Shown: positions 21,696 through 31,562 of the stretch, piece by piece
Layout: every line of letters begins with the position of its first letter
Numbering within the stretch: the first letter of the stretch is position 1
Assembly (NCBI GenBank): GCA_965217185.1
Contig: OZ244252.1
Coordinates: 1,120,001-1,184,000 of the forward strand
From: an uncultured Candidatus Entotheonella sp.
GTDB taxonomy: Bacteria > Tectomicrobia > Entotheonellia > Entotheonellales > Entotheonellaceae
DNA: 64,000 nucleotides
Direction of reading: 5' to 3'
Program-made: the position numbers and the translations under genes
Notes under the pieces: model-generated
Told to the model about the DNA's origin: nothing
The model's input: the letters and a program-made list of their open reading frames with translations, nothing else
Databases searched by the model: none

Positions 21696-22610
21696 TTAAC
21701 CCTGAGCTGCCACCGGCTGCTCCGTTGGGGCGCGATGCCCCCAGATGCTGCCCGTCGTGTGCTGCTGCACCTGCCAGGTGCTGTCGTCCACGGTGCGCGC
21801 GCCCCAGCCGTATTCGACCTCAAAGCCCGACGGCGACGCCATGTAGAACGACACCATGTGGTCGTTGGTGTGCCGCCCCATGGTGCGGTTGATCGGCACT
21901 CCCTGGTCCTGGCACAGCGTGTACGTCGAGCCGACGTCGTCGAGCGATTGCGTCTGCAACATGAAGTGCCGAAGCCGAGGCTTGATCGACGCGGCCAGGA
22001 ACGCGACCGAGTGGTGGCGCGGGTTGCAGTGGAAAAAGGCCATGCGGGGCGAGGCGCTTCCGGCGGGGGCCATTCTGGAAGTCTGCACGAAATCGCTGAT
22101 TCGCATGCCGAGCACGTCGCGGTAGAAGTGAATGCTCTGCCCTACGTCCTCCACCACCAGCACGATGTGCCCCAGGCCCTGCGTGCCGGTCTCAAAACCC
22201 GAAATGGCGCGCGGCGAGGCGAAAGGTTGATCGTAGTTCACCAGCGGCCCGTAGAAGACTTCCGTGCGCAAGCCGTCCGGGTCGTCGAACGCAATTAGGT
22301 CCACGACCCGTCGCTGCGCCGCCAGGTCTGCGGCGCCTGCCGTTACCTCAATGCCTGCCGCATCCAATTGCCCCCGTATCGCCTTGAGGGCATGCTCGTC
22401 GGCGACTTCCCAGCCCACGTAGTCGATGTCGTCATGTCCGTTGGCCTGGAGTGCGAAACGGTGATGATACTCGTCCATTTTCAGGAACAAGGTGCCATCG
22501 GCGTCCGGCTCGTGTACTTGCAAGCCAAGCGTCCGGGTCGCAAAGCGTTCCCAGGCTTCTACGTCACTTACCCCAATTCCCAGATACCCAAGTTGGGTCA
22601 CGCGTTCCAT
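21696..22610 (-). CDS. Type I extradiol ring-cleavage dioxygenase (BphC/HsaC-like)
   Basis: GLGHIVL, CNPRHHS, GRHTND..VSFY..SPSGFEVEYG. Confidence 0.9.
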   Translation of the reverse strand: MERVTQLGYLGIGVSDVEAWERFATRTLGLQVHEPDADGTLFLKMDEYHHRFALQANGHDDIDYVGWEVADEHALKAIRGQLDAAGIEVTAGAADLAAQRRVVDLIAFDDPDGLRTEVFYGPLVNYDQPFASPRAISGFETGTQGLGHIVLVVEDVGQSIHFYRDVLGMRISDFVQTSRMAPAGSASPRMAFFHCNPRHHSVAFLAASIKPRLRHFMLQTQSLDDVGSTYTLCQDQGVPINRTMGRHTNDHMVSFYMASPSGFEVEYGWGARTVDDSTWQVQQHTTGSIWGHRAPTEQPVAAQG

Positions 22611-22628
22611 GTGTGCCTCCTTGTTGCG

Positions 22629-24080
22629 TTAATTGTCCTTACCGAGAAACTCTCGGACACGCTCCATCAATGGCTCTTTGGGATACAGACTGTACAGGAA
22701 ACCGGCGCGGGCCAGCGGGTCGCCGGCAAAGAAACGCTCGTAGAGTACCTGTCGGCCGCCAAAGGCGCTGCAGGCCACGTCCCACGCCAGGTGGAACAGT
22801 TGAACCCGCTCGCGAGCGGTGGCCGTGTCCGTGGCCAGATATCGCTCGATCTCCGCCGCCAACGGGGTCTCGAAGTCGGCCTCGGAAGGCAGGGCCATGA
22901 AACTGCTCGATCCCAGGAGTTGCAAAATCTCCACCATGCGGGGATAGACGCTCATAAACAGCGTGCGGATGGCTTCCAGCGGCAGTTCGTCGGGACACAT
23001 CACCCCCCACTGGTCGCGCCGCGCATCCGTCTCGGCGGCACGCAGGGAAGCCTTCATGACCTCCGTGTAGGTCATGAGCTCGGCGAGACGCTCCTTCACG
23101 TGCGGTAGTTCCTCCGAGCCCAGCGTGCGTGCCATGAGCAGGGCCACGCCCAGCACGAACTCGCTCTTCGCCACGTTTTTGACCGCCCCCTGATGGGCCG
23201 TGTGTATCGAGGAGTTGGTGGCGCGCGGCATCTCATTGAGCAGGTCCGCGTCCCCCAACAGAAAGACCCGTTCCCAGGGCACGAACACGTCGTCGAAGAA
23301 AACCGTGGCGTCCATCTCCTCGAAACGCGAGCCCAAGGGATGGTCGAAGTGGGAGCGGCCGATATCGAAACTCTCGCGGCAAAGGAATTTGACCCCTGGC
23401 GTGCTACAGGGAATGGCGAAATTGAGCACGTAGGCTTCCGATCCGGCGGCGTTCCCGCCTCCAAAACGGGGCGAGTAGACGGCGATTTCGTCGGCGATCG
23501 GCCCCAGCGTCGCCAGAATACGCGAGCCGTGCAGTAACAGGCCGGCGTCTGTTTCCCGCACCACGCGCAGCCCCACGCCCTCGGACAACTGGGATTGGCC
23601 CGGGGTGCGGCGGCGCTGCAGGTTGATCAGGGCATGGGTCAAAGTCAGATCGTTTTCCCGGATGTGCTCGTAGTACTGCCGGACGTGCGTTTTGAAGGAC
23701 AGGCGGTTCTGAGCGAAATAGTCCGCCGCGGCGCCCCAGGCGGCGAAATTGACGTTCAGAAAATCCGGCGAACGCCCCAGCATGCCGCACCCGGTGCGTG
23801 CCCAGCGCATCATCATCCTGCCGCGCTGCTGGAGTTCGAGTTGCGTCTGCGGAATGATGAAGGAGTACCCTACCCGGTCGCCGGTGGTCGGTGATACATA
23901 GGTCATCTCATCGCGCAGGTCGGCGCGGGATTGCAAGTCGTAGAGGGCTGCCACAGCCTGCACGCCGCCGCGCAACGCCGGATGCGTGGTGACGTCCGAA
24001 ATGCGTTCACCCCGCAGCCAGACCTCGCGCGGATGTTCCCGCAACCCGGTGATGTAGTCCTGTCCCGTCCGTGCCGGCAT
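22629..24080 (-). CDS. hpaB: 4-hydroxyphenylacetate 3-monooxygenase-family oxygenase component
   Basis: RTGQDY, GRSPDFLN, RFEEMDA.VFFDDV.VPWERVF, RQVLYERF. Confidence 0.9.
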   Translation of the reverse strand: MPARTGQDYITGLREHPREVWLRGERISDVTTHPALRGGVQAVAALYDLQSRADLRDEMTYVSPTTGDRVGYSFIIPQTQLELQQRGRMMMRWARTGCGMLGRSPDFLNVNFAAWGAAADYFAQNRLSFKTHVRQYYEHIRENDLTLTHALINLQRRRTPGQSQLSEGVGLRVVRETDAGLLLHGSRILATLGPIADEIAVYSPRFGGGNAAGSEAYVLNFAIPCSTPGVKFLCRESFDIGRSHFDHPLGSRFEEMDATVFFDDVFVPWERVFLLGDADLLNEMPRATNSSIHTAHQGAVKNVAKSEFVLGVALLMARTLGSEELPHVKERLAELMTYTEVMKASLRAAETDARRDQWGVMCPDELPLEAIRTLFMSVYPRMVEILQLLGSSSFMALPSEADFETPLAAEIERYLATDTATARERVQLFHLAWDVACSAFGGRQVLYERFFAGDPLARAGFLYSLYPKEPLMERVREFLGKDN

Positions 24081-24163
24081 GAAGCCACTCCCTTCCGTTC
24101 ACTTCGCTTAAGGGCGGTATTGTTGGCATGGGAACAAAGAACTGGAGGGCGTCTCTACGGCAA

Positions 24164-24886
24164 TCAGTTGCCGGGCTCGTCCAGAAGGACGAGATGCAAC
24201 TCACCCGGACCATGCACGCCGACGGTGAGCTTGAGCTCAATGTCGCCGGTGCGACTGGGTCCGGTGACGAACGAGATGCAGCTGGTGAGATTCTGCTGCA
24301 CGTCTCCCCCTGTCTGCCGGACGTTGCGCAGGGCGTCGGCGAAGGTGGCGACGATCTGGTCGGTGCGGGCGACGGCGACGTGCACGGGCGGCAAGAGCGA
24401 GACGCCGCGCATCTGGCCGGGTTGCGCCGTCAGCATCAGGGTGCCCGTTTCGGCGATGACGGCATCTACGCCCGAAAGGCCTATATCAGCGTGGGCCAAC
24501 AAGTCGCGCATTTCCTGACGGCGGTCGTCGGCCTCCGTCTCGCTCCCTGGCGAAGCGGTATGCACGTTGGCGCCGCCGGCCTGCAACGCGTCGTCGATCT
24601 CCAGCGTATCCAGCAAATCCGACTGCCAGCGCACCACGACCTTGGCACCCTTCTCCTTGGCCAGACGGGTGACGTATTGCGCGGCTTCTGCCACGTGCTT
24701 GACTCGCGCCACGCTGCCGCCCACGCCTTCCAGTTCGCGCTGCAGTCGCGCCGCCAAGTCCTCGCCTTCCGTTACCAAGGAAACGACCTCACCGTTCTCC
24801 GCGGGTGCCGCTTCCGCATGGTGAGGTTGTTTCCCCGTTCGCAGGGCCTGCCGCACACGTGACAGAAAGGCTTCCCGGCTACTCAT
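24164..24886 (-). CDS. lutC: LUD-domain lactate utilization protein C
   Basis: IAETGT, SLLPPVH, TGPSRTGDIE...GVHGP. Confidence 0.88.
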   Translation of the reverse strand: MSSREAFLSRVRQALRTGKQPHHAEAAPAENGEVVSLVTEGEDLAARLQRELEGVGGSVARVKHVAEAAQYVTRLAKEKGAKVVVRWQSDLLDTLEIDDALQAGGANVHTASPGSETEADDRRQEMRDLLAHADIGLSGVDAVIAETGTLMLTAQPGQMRGVSLLPPVHVAVARTDQIVATFADALRNVRQTGGDVQQNLTSCISFVTGPSRTGDIELKLTVGVHGPGELHLVLLDEPGN

Positions 24887-24960
24887 GATTCCCCCTGAAA
24901 TGGTCCGTCCAGCAGCCTACGCAACGGCGTGGTCCGCTTCCCACAAATGCTGAGTCTGAC

Positions 24961-25377
24961 TCAATTCCGGTATTCTCCCGCTATCGCCTCCAGATTTTCT
25001 ATCCACGCCTCCAGTACCTGCAGTAGTTCCGCCTCGTCTTCAATAAAACCATGAGGATACATCTCCTCCATGTCCCCCATAAATGCCTCCGTCTTCTCCG
25101 TCGCCTCGCTATTGGGGTCCAAGCGGTAAACAACCGTTGCCAAGCGTCTGTATATCTCTCGCCTCGATCTCGTAGTCCGAATCCAGCCGGTCCAATGCGT
25201 TCCGCTTCTCCATATCCTCCAGTATCTCAAGCCATTCCTCTAGCCGTCCTTGCGCCCTCTTTTGTGAGATAAGCCGAGAACTCGATTCCGCAGGTCCCGA
25301 TCGCGGGTACAGTTTGCAAGCGGCCTTTCCCAAGCGGTCTGCTAACTCCCCCAGTTTGTCCTCAAATTCGTCGTGCA
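24961..25377 (-). pseudogene. Acidic helical hypothetical protein, apparently frameshifted
   Basis: RBS GGAGG + MHDEFEDK..., continued by the 24961-25230 frame; lower GC than neighbours. Confidence 0.4.
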
Positions 25378-25403
25378 TGCCTCCCTCCCTGTGTGGTAGC
25401 AGA

Positions 25404-25613
25404 TCAGTCGGCAGAAGATGCGGCGGATGTCTCACCGAAGCGGCCGGCGATCCACCCCTCAATGCGGGCCAGCCGCCTGTCAAGATCCGTTAGTCTGGCA
25501 TCCACCTTCGCTTGGAAGGCATCGAGCTTGGCATCCAACTTCACGTACATGCGCCAGCCAAGCCCCAAAACAGTCACACCAACAGCAATAGTTGACCAAA
25601 ACTCAGTACTCAT
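25404..25613 (-). CDS. Small protein with N-terminal TM helix and coiled coil
   Basis: ATGA overlap with the lutB stop; hydrophobic N-terminus; LDAKLDA...LDRRLARIEG. Confidence 0.6.
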   Translation of the reverse strand: MSTEFWSTIAVGVTVLGLGWRMYVKLDAKLDAFQAKVDARLTDLDRRLARIEGWIAGRFGETSAASSAD

Positions 25614-27055
25614 ACGTCCCCTCCACCCGCGCCGTTGTGGCTGGGCTGCTCGTATTGCAGGGTGCCCTGCCAGCGCTCCCGGAAGGACTGCGGCGCAACG
25701 GCTTTGAAGTCGCGCGACTTGGTCCAGCTATGGAACGGCGGCGGTAGTTTCCCCAGCCAACCGCGCTGCGCGAAGGGCGTCTGCCCCAGCCGTGCCAGCC
25801 GCAGGGCCAACCGGTAGAGTCCCGGGCGCTGCATGATCCAGGCCCACAAAGAGAACAGCCTCCCCTCGCCTGCCGATGCGTCACCGCGGCTGACGCTCTG
25901 GCGCCGCAGGTTCAATAGCATGTGGGGGATGTTGATCTTGACCGGGCACGCCTCACGGCAGGCACCGCACAGCGTGCTGGCGCGCGGCAGATGCTTGGCC
26001 GTGTCCAGGCCGGTGAACAGGGGGGTCAGCACGGCGCCGATCGGGCCGGGATACACCCAGCCGTAGGCGTGGCCGCCGATATTCTGGTAGATCGGGCAGA
26101 CGTTGAGGCAGGCGCCGCAGCGCAGGCAGTAAAGCGCCTCGCGGTTCTCGCTGCCCAGGATGTTCGAGCGTCCGTTGTCCATGACGACCACGTGCAGTTC
26201 CTCGGGGCCGTCGAGGTCGTGCGCCCGCCGCGGTCCGGTGATCATCGTGACGTAGCTGGAAATCTTCTGGCCGGTGGCGCTGTTCGTCAGCACTTTTAAC
26301 ATTACCGGCAGATCGTCGAGCCGCGGGATGATCTTCTCCATGCCCATCAGCGCGATGTGCACCCGCGGCAGGGTGGACGACAAGCGCCCGTTGCCCTCGT
26401 TGGTGACCAGGACGATCGAGCCGGTATCGGCGATGGCGAAGTTGACGCCCGTGATGCCCACATCGGCGCGCAGAAACTGCTGGCGCAGAGCGCGGCGGGC
26501 AATCTGCGTCATGTCGGTCAGTTCTTCGGTGTACGGGTTACCGAGCTTGTCGTGCAGCAGCGAGGCGATCTGCTGTCGGGTCTTGTGGATGGCAGGCGCG
26601 ATGATGTGCGAAGGCGTCTCTTCGGCGAGCTGGATGATGTATTCGCCGAGGTCGGTCTCCAGGACCTCGTATCCCAGTTCTTCCAGGTGCGGGTTGAGGT
26701 GAATTTCCTCGGCGGCCATCGACTTGCCCTTGACGATGACCTTGGCCTCGGCCTGTTGGGCAATGCTGGTAATGATATCGCGCGCCTCGGCGTCGTCGTG
26801 CGCCCAATGCACGTGAGCACCCAGCTTGTCCAGGTTGTCGGCGAATTGCTCCAGATACGTATCGAGCTGGGCAATCGCCTGCTCCTTGACAGCGCGTGCC
26901 TGGGTGCGCAACGCCTCGGGGTCACCGAGCGCCTGCATGGCCGCCACCCGCCGGGGCTCGAATTCGGTGGTCAGGAGGTGTAGAGCATTTTGCAGCGGCT
27001 CGTCTTTCAGGGCCTGTCTGGCGTGGTCTTGAAAGCCCTCAGTTCCCAGATGCAT
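25610..27055 (-). CDS. lutB: Lactate utilization Fe-S protein B
   Basis: ETDLGEYIIQL, CLRCGACLNVCP, CGACREACPVKI. Confidence 0.92.
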   Translation of the reverse strand: MHLGTEGFQDHARQALKDEPLQNALHLLTTEFEPRRVAAMQALGDPEALRTQARAVKEQAIAQLDTYLEQFADNLDKLGAHVHWAHDDAEARDIITSIAQQAEAKVIVKGKSMAAEEIHLNPHLEELGYEVLETDLGEYIIQLAEETPSHIIAPAIHKTRQQIASLLHDKLGNPYTEELTDMTQIARRALRQQFLRADVGITGVNFAIADTGSIVLVTNEGNGRLSSTLPRVHIALMGMEKIIPRLDDLPVMLKVLTNSATGQKISSYVTMITGPRRAHDLDGPEELHVVVMDNGRSNILGSENREALYCLRCGACLNVCPIYQNIGGHAYGWVYPGPIGAVLTPLFTGLDTAKHLPRASTLCGACREACPVKINIPHMLLNLRRQSVSRGDASAGEGRLFSLWAWIMQRPGLYRLALRLARLGQTPFAQRGWLGKLPPPFHSWTKSRDFKAVAPQSFRERWQGTLQYEQPSHNGAGGGDV

Positions 27056-27824
27056 GGTGCGGCTCCTCGGCGTTGTGACCGGTGTTCAGTAATTCGGCGA
27101 GATGCATGACCCGTACGTCTATCCCCTGCCGTCGGAGCCGTCCGGCGATGTGCATCAGGCAGCCGGCGTCGCACGACACCAGCGTATCGGCCCCGGCCCG
27201 CTGCAGACTGGCGATCTTCTTCTCAAGCATGGCGCTGGAAATCTCCGGGTACTTCACCGCGAACGTGCCGCCGAAGCCGCAGCACTGCTCCGACATCTCC
27301 GCATCGCACGCCTCGACCCCGGTAACCCGGGATATCAGTCGCCGCGGGGCTTCGGTGACACCGAGCTCGCGCTGCAAATGGCAAGAGGCGTGGTAAGCCA
27401 CCTTGCCAGAGAACGCCGCGCCAACGTCGTCGGTGCCAACAACGTTGAACAGAAACTCCGACAATTCGTAGGTGCGCGCAGCCAGCGACTCGGCCTGCTG
27501 ATGCAGGTGGGGGTCTTCGGCAAATAGATCGGGATAAAACAGGCGGATCATCGCCGTACAGGAACCCGAAGGTGCAACGACGTATTCGTAATCGGCGAAG
27601 AGGGTGAGGTTACGTTGCGCGACGAGGCGGGCTTGGTCATGAAAGCCGGCATTAAAGGCGGGTTGGGCGCAGCAGGTTTGGCCAAGGGGAAAATCGACGG
27701 CAATTCCCAGGCGGTGCAGCAGGCGTACGGTAGCTTCCCCCACTTGCGGGTAGAAGGCGTCGCCCAGACAGGTCACGAACAGGGCTACCCGCGTCGGCCG
27801 TCGGCGGCCGGTGGGTTCGGTCAT
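27039..27824 (-). CDS. lutA: Lactate utilization CCG-domain protein A
   Basis: LFVTC, QTCCAQP, YHASCH, CCGFGGTF. Confidence 0.92.
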   Translation of the reverse strand: MTEPTGRRRPTRVALFVTCLGDAFYPQVGEATVRLLHRLGIAVDFPLGQTCCAQPAFNAGFHDQARLVAQRNLTLFADYEYVVAPSGSCTAMIRLFYPDLFAEDPHLHQQAESLAARTYELSEFLFNVVGTDDVGAAFSGKVAYHASCHLQRELGVTEAPRRLISRVTGVEACDAEMSEQCCGFGGTFAVKYPEISSAMLEKKIASLQRAGADTLVSCDAGCLMHIAGRLRRQGIDVRVMHLAELLNTGHNAEEPHHASGN

Positions 27825-27842
27825 GGGTCCTTCTCCATGGGC

Positions 27843-28064
27843 TCACGCGTTTGGATTTTTGTCCTGATCGATCTTCCGGAAGAGTTCCTGAAACTGATCA
27901 GTCAATTGATCAACTTCGCGTTTTTTCCCGCGCACACGTTGGCGGCTTAGCCATTGGATGAGGGTATAGCAGGAAAATACCCCGATGAGAAATCCGATGA
28001 TCAGACCACTGACGAACAATGGCATTACCATACGCTGAGCCCCTTTCCCAATGAGGAATCCCAA
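27843..28064 (-). CDS. Small membrane protein (start uncertain)
   Basis: One TM helix followed by a charged tail; co-oriented with lutA. Confidence 0.45.
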   Translation of the reverse strand: MGFLIGKGAQRMVMPLFVSGLIIGFLIGVFSCYTLIQWLSRQRVRGKKREVDQLTDQFQELFRKIDQDKNPNA

Positions 28065-28143
28065 TCCGACATGGAGAGCCTCGGCGAAAATCGTCCTTGA
28101 CGAGTCAGACCACGTTAACTAGGATACAACCCTTGTTTTTGCC

Positions 28144-28216
<73 letters not shown>

Positions 28217-28324
28217 TTCCCCATAGGTCATGATCCCGCCCACTATAAACCAGCACTTGCCAAAAGGCAAAAGACCCTCCGGCAGTTTCCTTCGCCGCCC
28301 GGCGCAGCATATAAGGACAGCAGG

Positions 28325-29911
28325 GTGAACAGCGTGGTCAAACCTTCCCTGGCGCAACGCATCGAGGCCTTGGCTGAGGAGGCCGACGCTGACGTGCGGC
28401 ATTTGCGCCGGGATTACGCGGATTTTGACAAGTTCATCACACAGCGATTCCAGCGGCTCGACGAAGCGCAGCAGCGGATCGTTCTGGCAGCCCTGCGGGC
28501 TGACGAGGCGGCTGATCTGGCGCCGTCGCTAGAACGGTGGAGCCGCGCATCCGAGGTGCCCCTGGTGGTTCGGGCTGAGGCGCTTGAGGTCCTCGAAGCC
28601 TTGGGATGTTCGGTTGATGCCGACTACCTTGCAGCCCTGCGACAAGCGGCCGAGGTGGTGCGGCAACTGGACGCGGACGAACCGCCGGAACTTAGCGACG
28701 ACGAGATGCTGACGGCACCGCTGGATGCCGCGGTACGGGCCTTGCCCCTGCTTTTGGCGGTGGACGTGGCGCGGCAGGTTGCCTTGGGCGATCTGGTACG
28801 GGGCCTTGCGGTCCTGCGCACGGTGCGGCCGAATGTCCAGGTAGCGGATTTGCCGGTCCTGGTGGACGGGCTTGCTGCCATCCCGCTGACCAGCAGCGCC
28901 ATGATCCTGATGGAAATCCTTTCCGATTCTCCTCCCAAGGCCTTGCAAAAGGCAGTCAAAAAAGCCCTGCACCGCCTCAAGTCGCGGGGCGTCATCTTCA
29001 ATGAAAATCAGGCCCCGCGGCACGTTGTGCTTGGCGGCGCAGTGAGTCGCCTGGAGCGCTGCCTGGCAAGCTTCATCGACGGCTCCGGGGACCGTATGAT
29101 CCTGATGATCCGCACCCGACCGGGTGGCGGCTATCAGATCGCTTATCTGGTTCTCAACTACGGCATGGGCATTCGTTTTGCCAGGGCACTCCAGATGAGC
29201 CGGCGCGAGTTGCCCGAGATGCTCGAGTCGGTACAAGCGCAAGCGCCGCTTATCGATCTGGAGCCCGCCCACTGCCAGCGTCAGATCGCTCTGGTCCAGC
29301 AGATGAACCTCGCCACGCGAACGCCTGTGCCGGAGGAATTCTTCATGCTGCGCGATCTCATCGGCGAGCCGGAGACGATGCCGGAAACCGGTGCGATTTA
29401 CGAGGCGCTCAGCCCGGAAGAGTTGGAATTGGCCAGAGCTCAGGACGCCCACGCCAGCGACCTGCTGGAACTTCCCGAGCTGGCCGGTTGGACCCTGCCG
29501 GAGTCGGTGGTGCAGACGTACGCTGACGCCATGGCGGAGATCGACGAGAGCAAGATCGTGGTTAGCGAGGCAATACAGCGGGAGCGAGTTGATCGCATCT
29601 TCGAGAGCGCCATGCAGGAGGTGCTGGGGGAAGGATCGCGCGCCATCATGCGTTTGCGCTTAGAGGAAACGGCTTATTACTTCCTGCAAACGGACCGGCG
29701 CCTGGAGGCCCTGTGGGCCTTGGCAGCGGCGGAGTCTCTGCTCGATGACAACCCGGACCGTTTGCGCCTCAATCCCTTCGCCGGGGCATTGCTGGAGCGT
29801 AGCCTGGAAGGTGCCAAGAAGCGCCCCGGAAATCGTATTGTGATGCCCTTCTCTACACCGTCTGCCGGGGCGCCGCCTGCCCCGAGCGGTGAGTCGCGTC
29901 TGATCATTTAG
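28325..29911 (+). CDS. Hypothetical helical protein, 528 aa
   Basis: Long ORF with host-like codon usage; no motif recognised. Confidence 0.75.
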   Translation: MNSVVKPSLAQRIEALAEEADADVRHLRRDYADFDKFITQRFQRLDEAQQRIVLAALRADEAADLAPSLERWSRASEVPLVVRAEALEVLEALGCSVDADYLAALRQAAEVVRQLDADEPPELSDDEMLTAPLDAAVRALPLLLAVDVARQVALGDLVRGLAVLRTVRPNVQVADLPVLVDGLAAIPLTSSAMILMEILSDSPPKALQKAVKKALHRLKSRGVIFNENQAPRHVVLGGAVSRLERCLASFIDGSGDRMILMIRTRPGGGYQIAYLVLNYGMGIRFARALQMSRRELPEMLESVQAQAPLIDLEPAHCQRQIALVQQMNLATRTPVPEEFFMLRDLIGEPETMPETGAIYEALSPEELELARAQDAHASDLLELPELAGWTLPESVVQTYADAMAEIDESKIVVSEAIQRERVDRIFESAMQEVLGEGSRAIMRLRLEETAYYFLQTDRRLEALWALAAAESLLDDNPDRLRLNPFAGALLERSLEGAKKRPGNRIVMPFSTPSAGAPPAPSGESRLII

Positions 29912-29953
29912 TTGGTCTGTTCAAGTTCTGTCAGCCGATAAGGTGCTCAGTCT

Positions 29954-30391
29954 ATGACCACACGCGTAACCGAAATTCCACCGGCCTCCTCGGTTGTCGC
30001 CGCGGCGTATTTCGAGTCGCAGATGAAGCTGACGACCGATTGCTGGGATGTGCATGAAGCAATGAATGGGGGCCATGCGGATTTCGTGTTGCTTGACGTA
30101 CGCAGCCGTGAGAATTTCCGGGAAGGCCATGTGCCGGGAAGCGTTAGCCTGCCGCATGGGGAGATTTCCGAGGCCGAGTTGAGGACATACCCGTCGGATA
30201 CCGTCTTTGTCGTATATTGTGCCGGACCGCACTGCAACGGTGCGTATCGTGCGGCGATTCGGCTGGCTCACCTCGGCAGGCCCGTAAAGATGATGATCGG
30301 AGGGGTTACGGGTTGGCAGGCGGAGGGCTTCTCCCTAGAGCCCCAGTTGATGCCCGTTGTTGGCGTCACATCAGGAGGTTTATCGTGTTGA
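29954..30391 (+). CDS. Rhodanese-like protein
   Basis: LLDVR, GHVPGS, VVYCAGPHCNG. Confidence 0.88.
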   Translation: MTTRVTEIPPASSVVAAAYFESQMKLTTDCWDVHEAMNGGHADFVLLDVRSRENFREGHVPGSVSLPHGEISEAELRTYPSDTVFVVYCAGPHCNGAYRAAIRLAHLGRPVKMMIGGVTGWQAEGFSLEPQLMPVVGVTSGGLSC

Positions 30392-31491
30392 CTCATCGTA
30401 AGCTCAACTCCTGCCGTGCGGTCGGCCGTACCGGCCTCCTGCTGGTCGGCCTTGCGTTTCTCGTATGCAGCGCTGGTGGTGTGGAAGCCCAACGGCTGTG
30501 GACCGAACAGGCCGCCGGGCAACCGACCCTGCCGGCCTTGCGGCAACTGAACGACGCTTTGTTGGACCTGACCGAACAAGTGCTGCCGGCGATCATCAGC
30601 TTGCAGGTGCGTGGCGACGAGGGCGCTGCCCCCGACTTGCCGCCCAACCACCCCCCGGTGCCGGACCCCAGCATGCAGATCACTGGTAGCGGTTTTATCA
30701 TCAAGGCCAATGGGCTGGCGATCACCAACCAGCACGTGGTGCAAGACGAGGAAGACATTCACGTCCGCCTTTTTGACGGCACCCAGGCCCGCGCCAAAGT
30801 GTTGGGACGCGACATCATTGGCGACATGGCGCTGTTGCAGATCGAAACCGAAACTCCGCTGCCCGTTGTGCCGTTGGGGGACTCGGACGCACTGCAGGTC
30901 GGCGAATTCGTGGTGGCCATCGGTAGCCCGTTCGGCTTTGAGAACTCGGTGACGTTCGGGATGATCAGCGGCAAGCGGCGCAATTTCCTGCGCTCCAGCG
31001 CGGTCGGCGGCTACCTGCAAACGGACGCCTCCATCAACACGGGTAACAGCGGCGGGCCGCTCCTGAACATGCGCGGCGAGGTGGTTGGCGTGAACACCGC
31101 CACCATCCGGCGCGGCGTCATGGGCTTTGCCATTCCGATCAATGCCGTCAAAGCCTCGCTGCCGCAGCTTCATGATTACGGCCATGTAAAGCGCGCCTAC
31201 CTGGGCGTGCGCATTGAATCGCTCAACCGTGACAAAATCATCCGCCTGGGGCTTGAGTCACCGCGCGGCGCTTATATACATGAGGTTCTGAAAGGCCAGC
31301 CGGCGCAGCAGGCCGGCCTCGCCATCGGCGACATCATCGTCGGCTTCGACGGTCGTGAGGTAAGTTCGCCCTTCGATCTGCAAACGGCTGTCGCGGCCAG
31401 CCCGGTCGGCAAGAAGGTGCGGATCGAATTTCTGCGCCAGCAGCAGCGGCAGACGGTCGAATTAGCCCTAGGCGAAATGCCGGAAAACTGA
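30385..31491 (+). CDS. HtrA/DegQ-like serine protease with PDZ domain
   Basis: GSGFII, TNQHVV, QTDASINTGNSGGPL; one PDZ domain. Confidence 0.92.
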   Translation: MLTHRKLNSCRAVGRTGLLLVGLAFLVCSAGGVEAQRLWTEQAAGQPTLPALRQLNDALLDLTEQVLPAIISLQVRGDEGAAPDLPPNHPPVPDPSMQITGSGFIIKANGLAITNQHVVQDEEDIHVRLFDGTQARAKVLGRDIIGDMALLQIETETPLPVVPLGDSDALQVGEFVVAIGSPFGFENSVTFGMISGKRRNFLRSSAVGGYLQTDASINTGNSGGPLLNMRGEVVGVNTATIRRGVMGFAIPINAVKASLPQLHDYGHVKRAYLGVRIESLNRDKIIRLGLESPRGAYIHEVLKGQPAQQAGLAIGDIIVGFDGREVSSPFDLQTAVAASPVGKKVRIEFLRQQQRQTVELALGEMPEN

Positions 31492-31562
31492 CAGCCATCG
31501 TCAACCGTAGACTCCGCTCGGTATCCAACGCGGCTTGGCGGGTTTGTGGAAAGGACGACATC

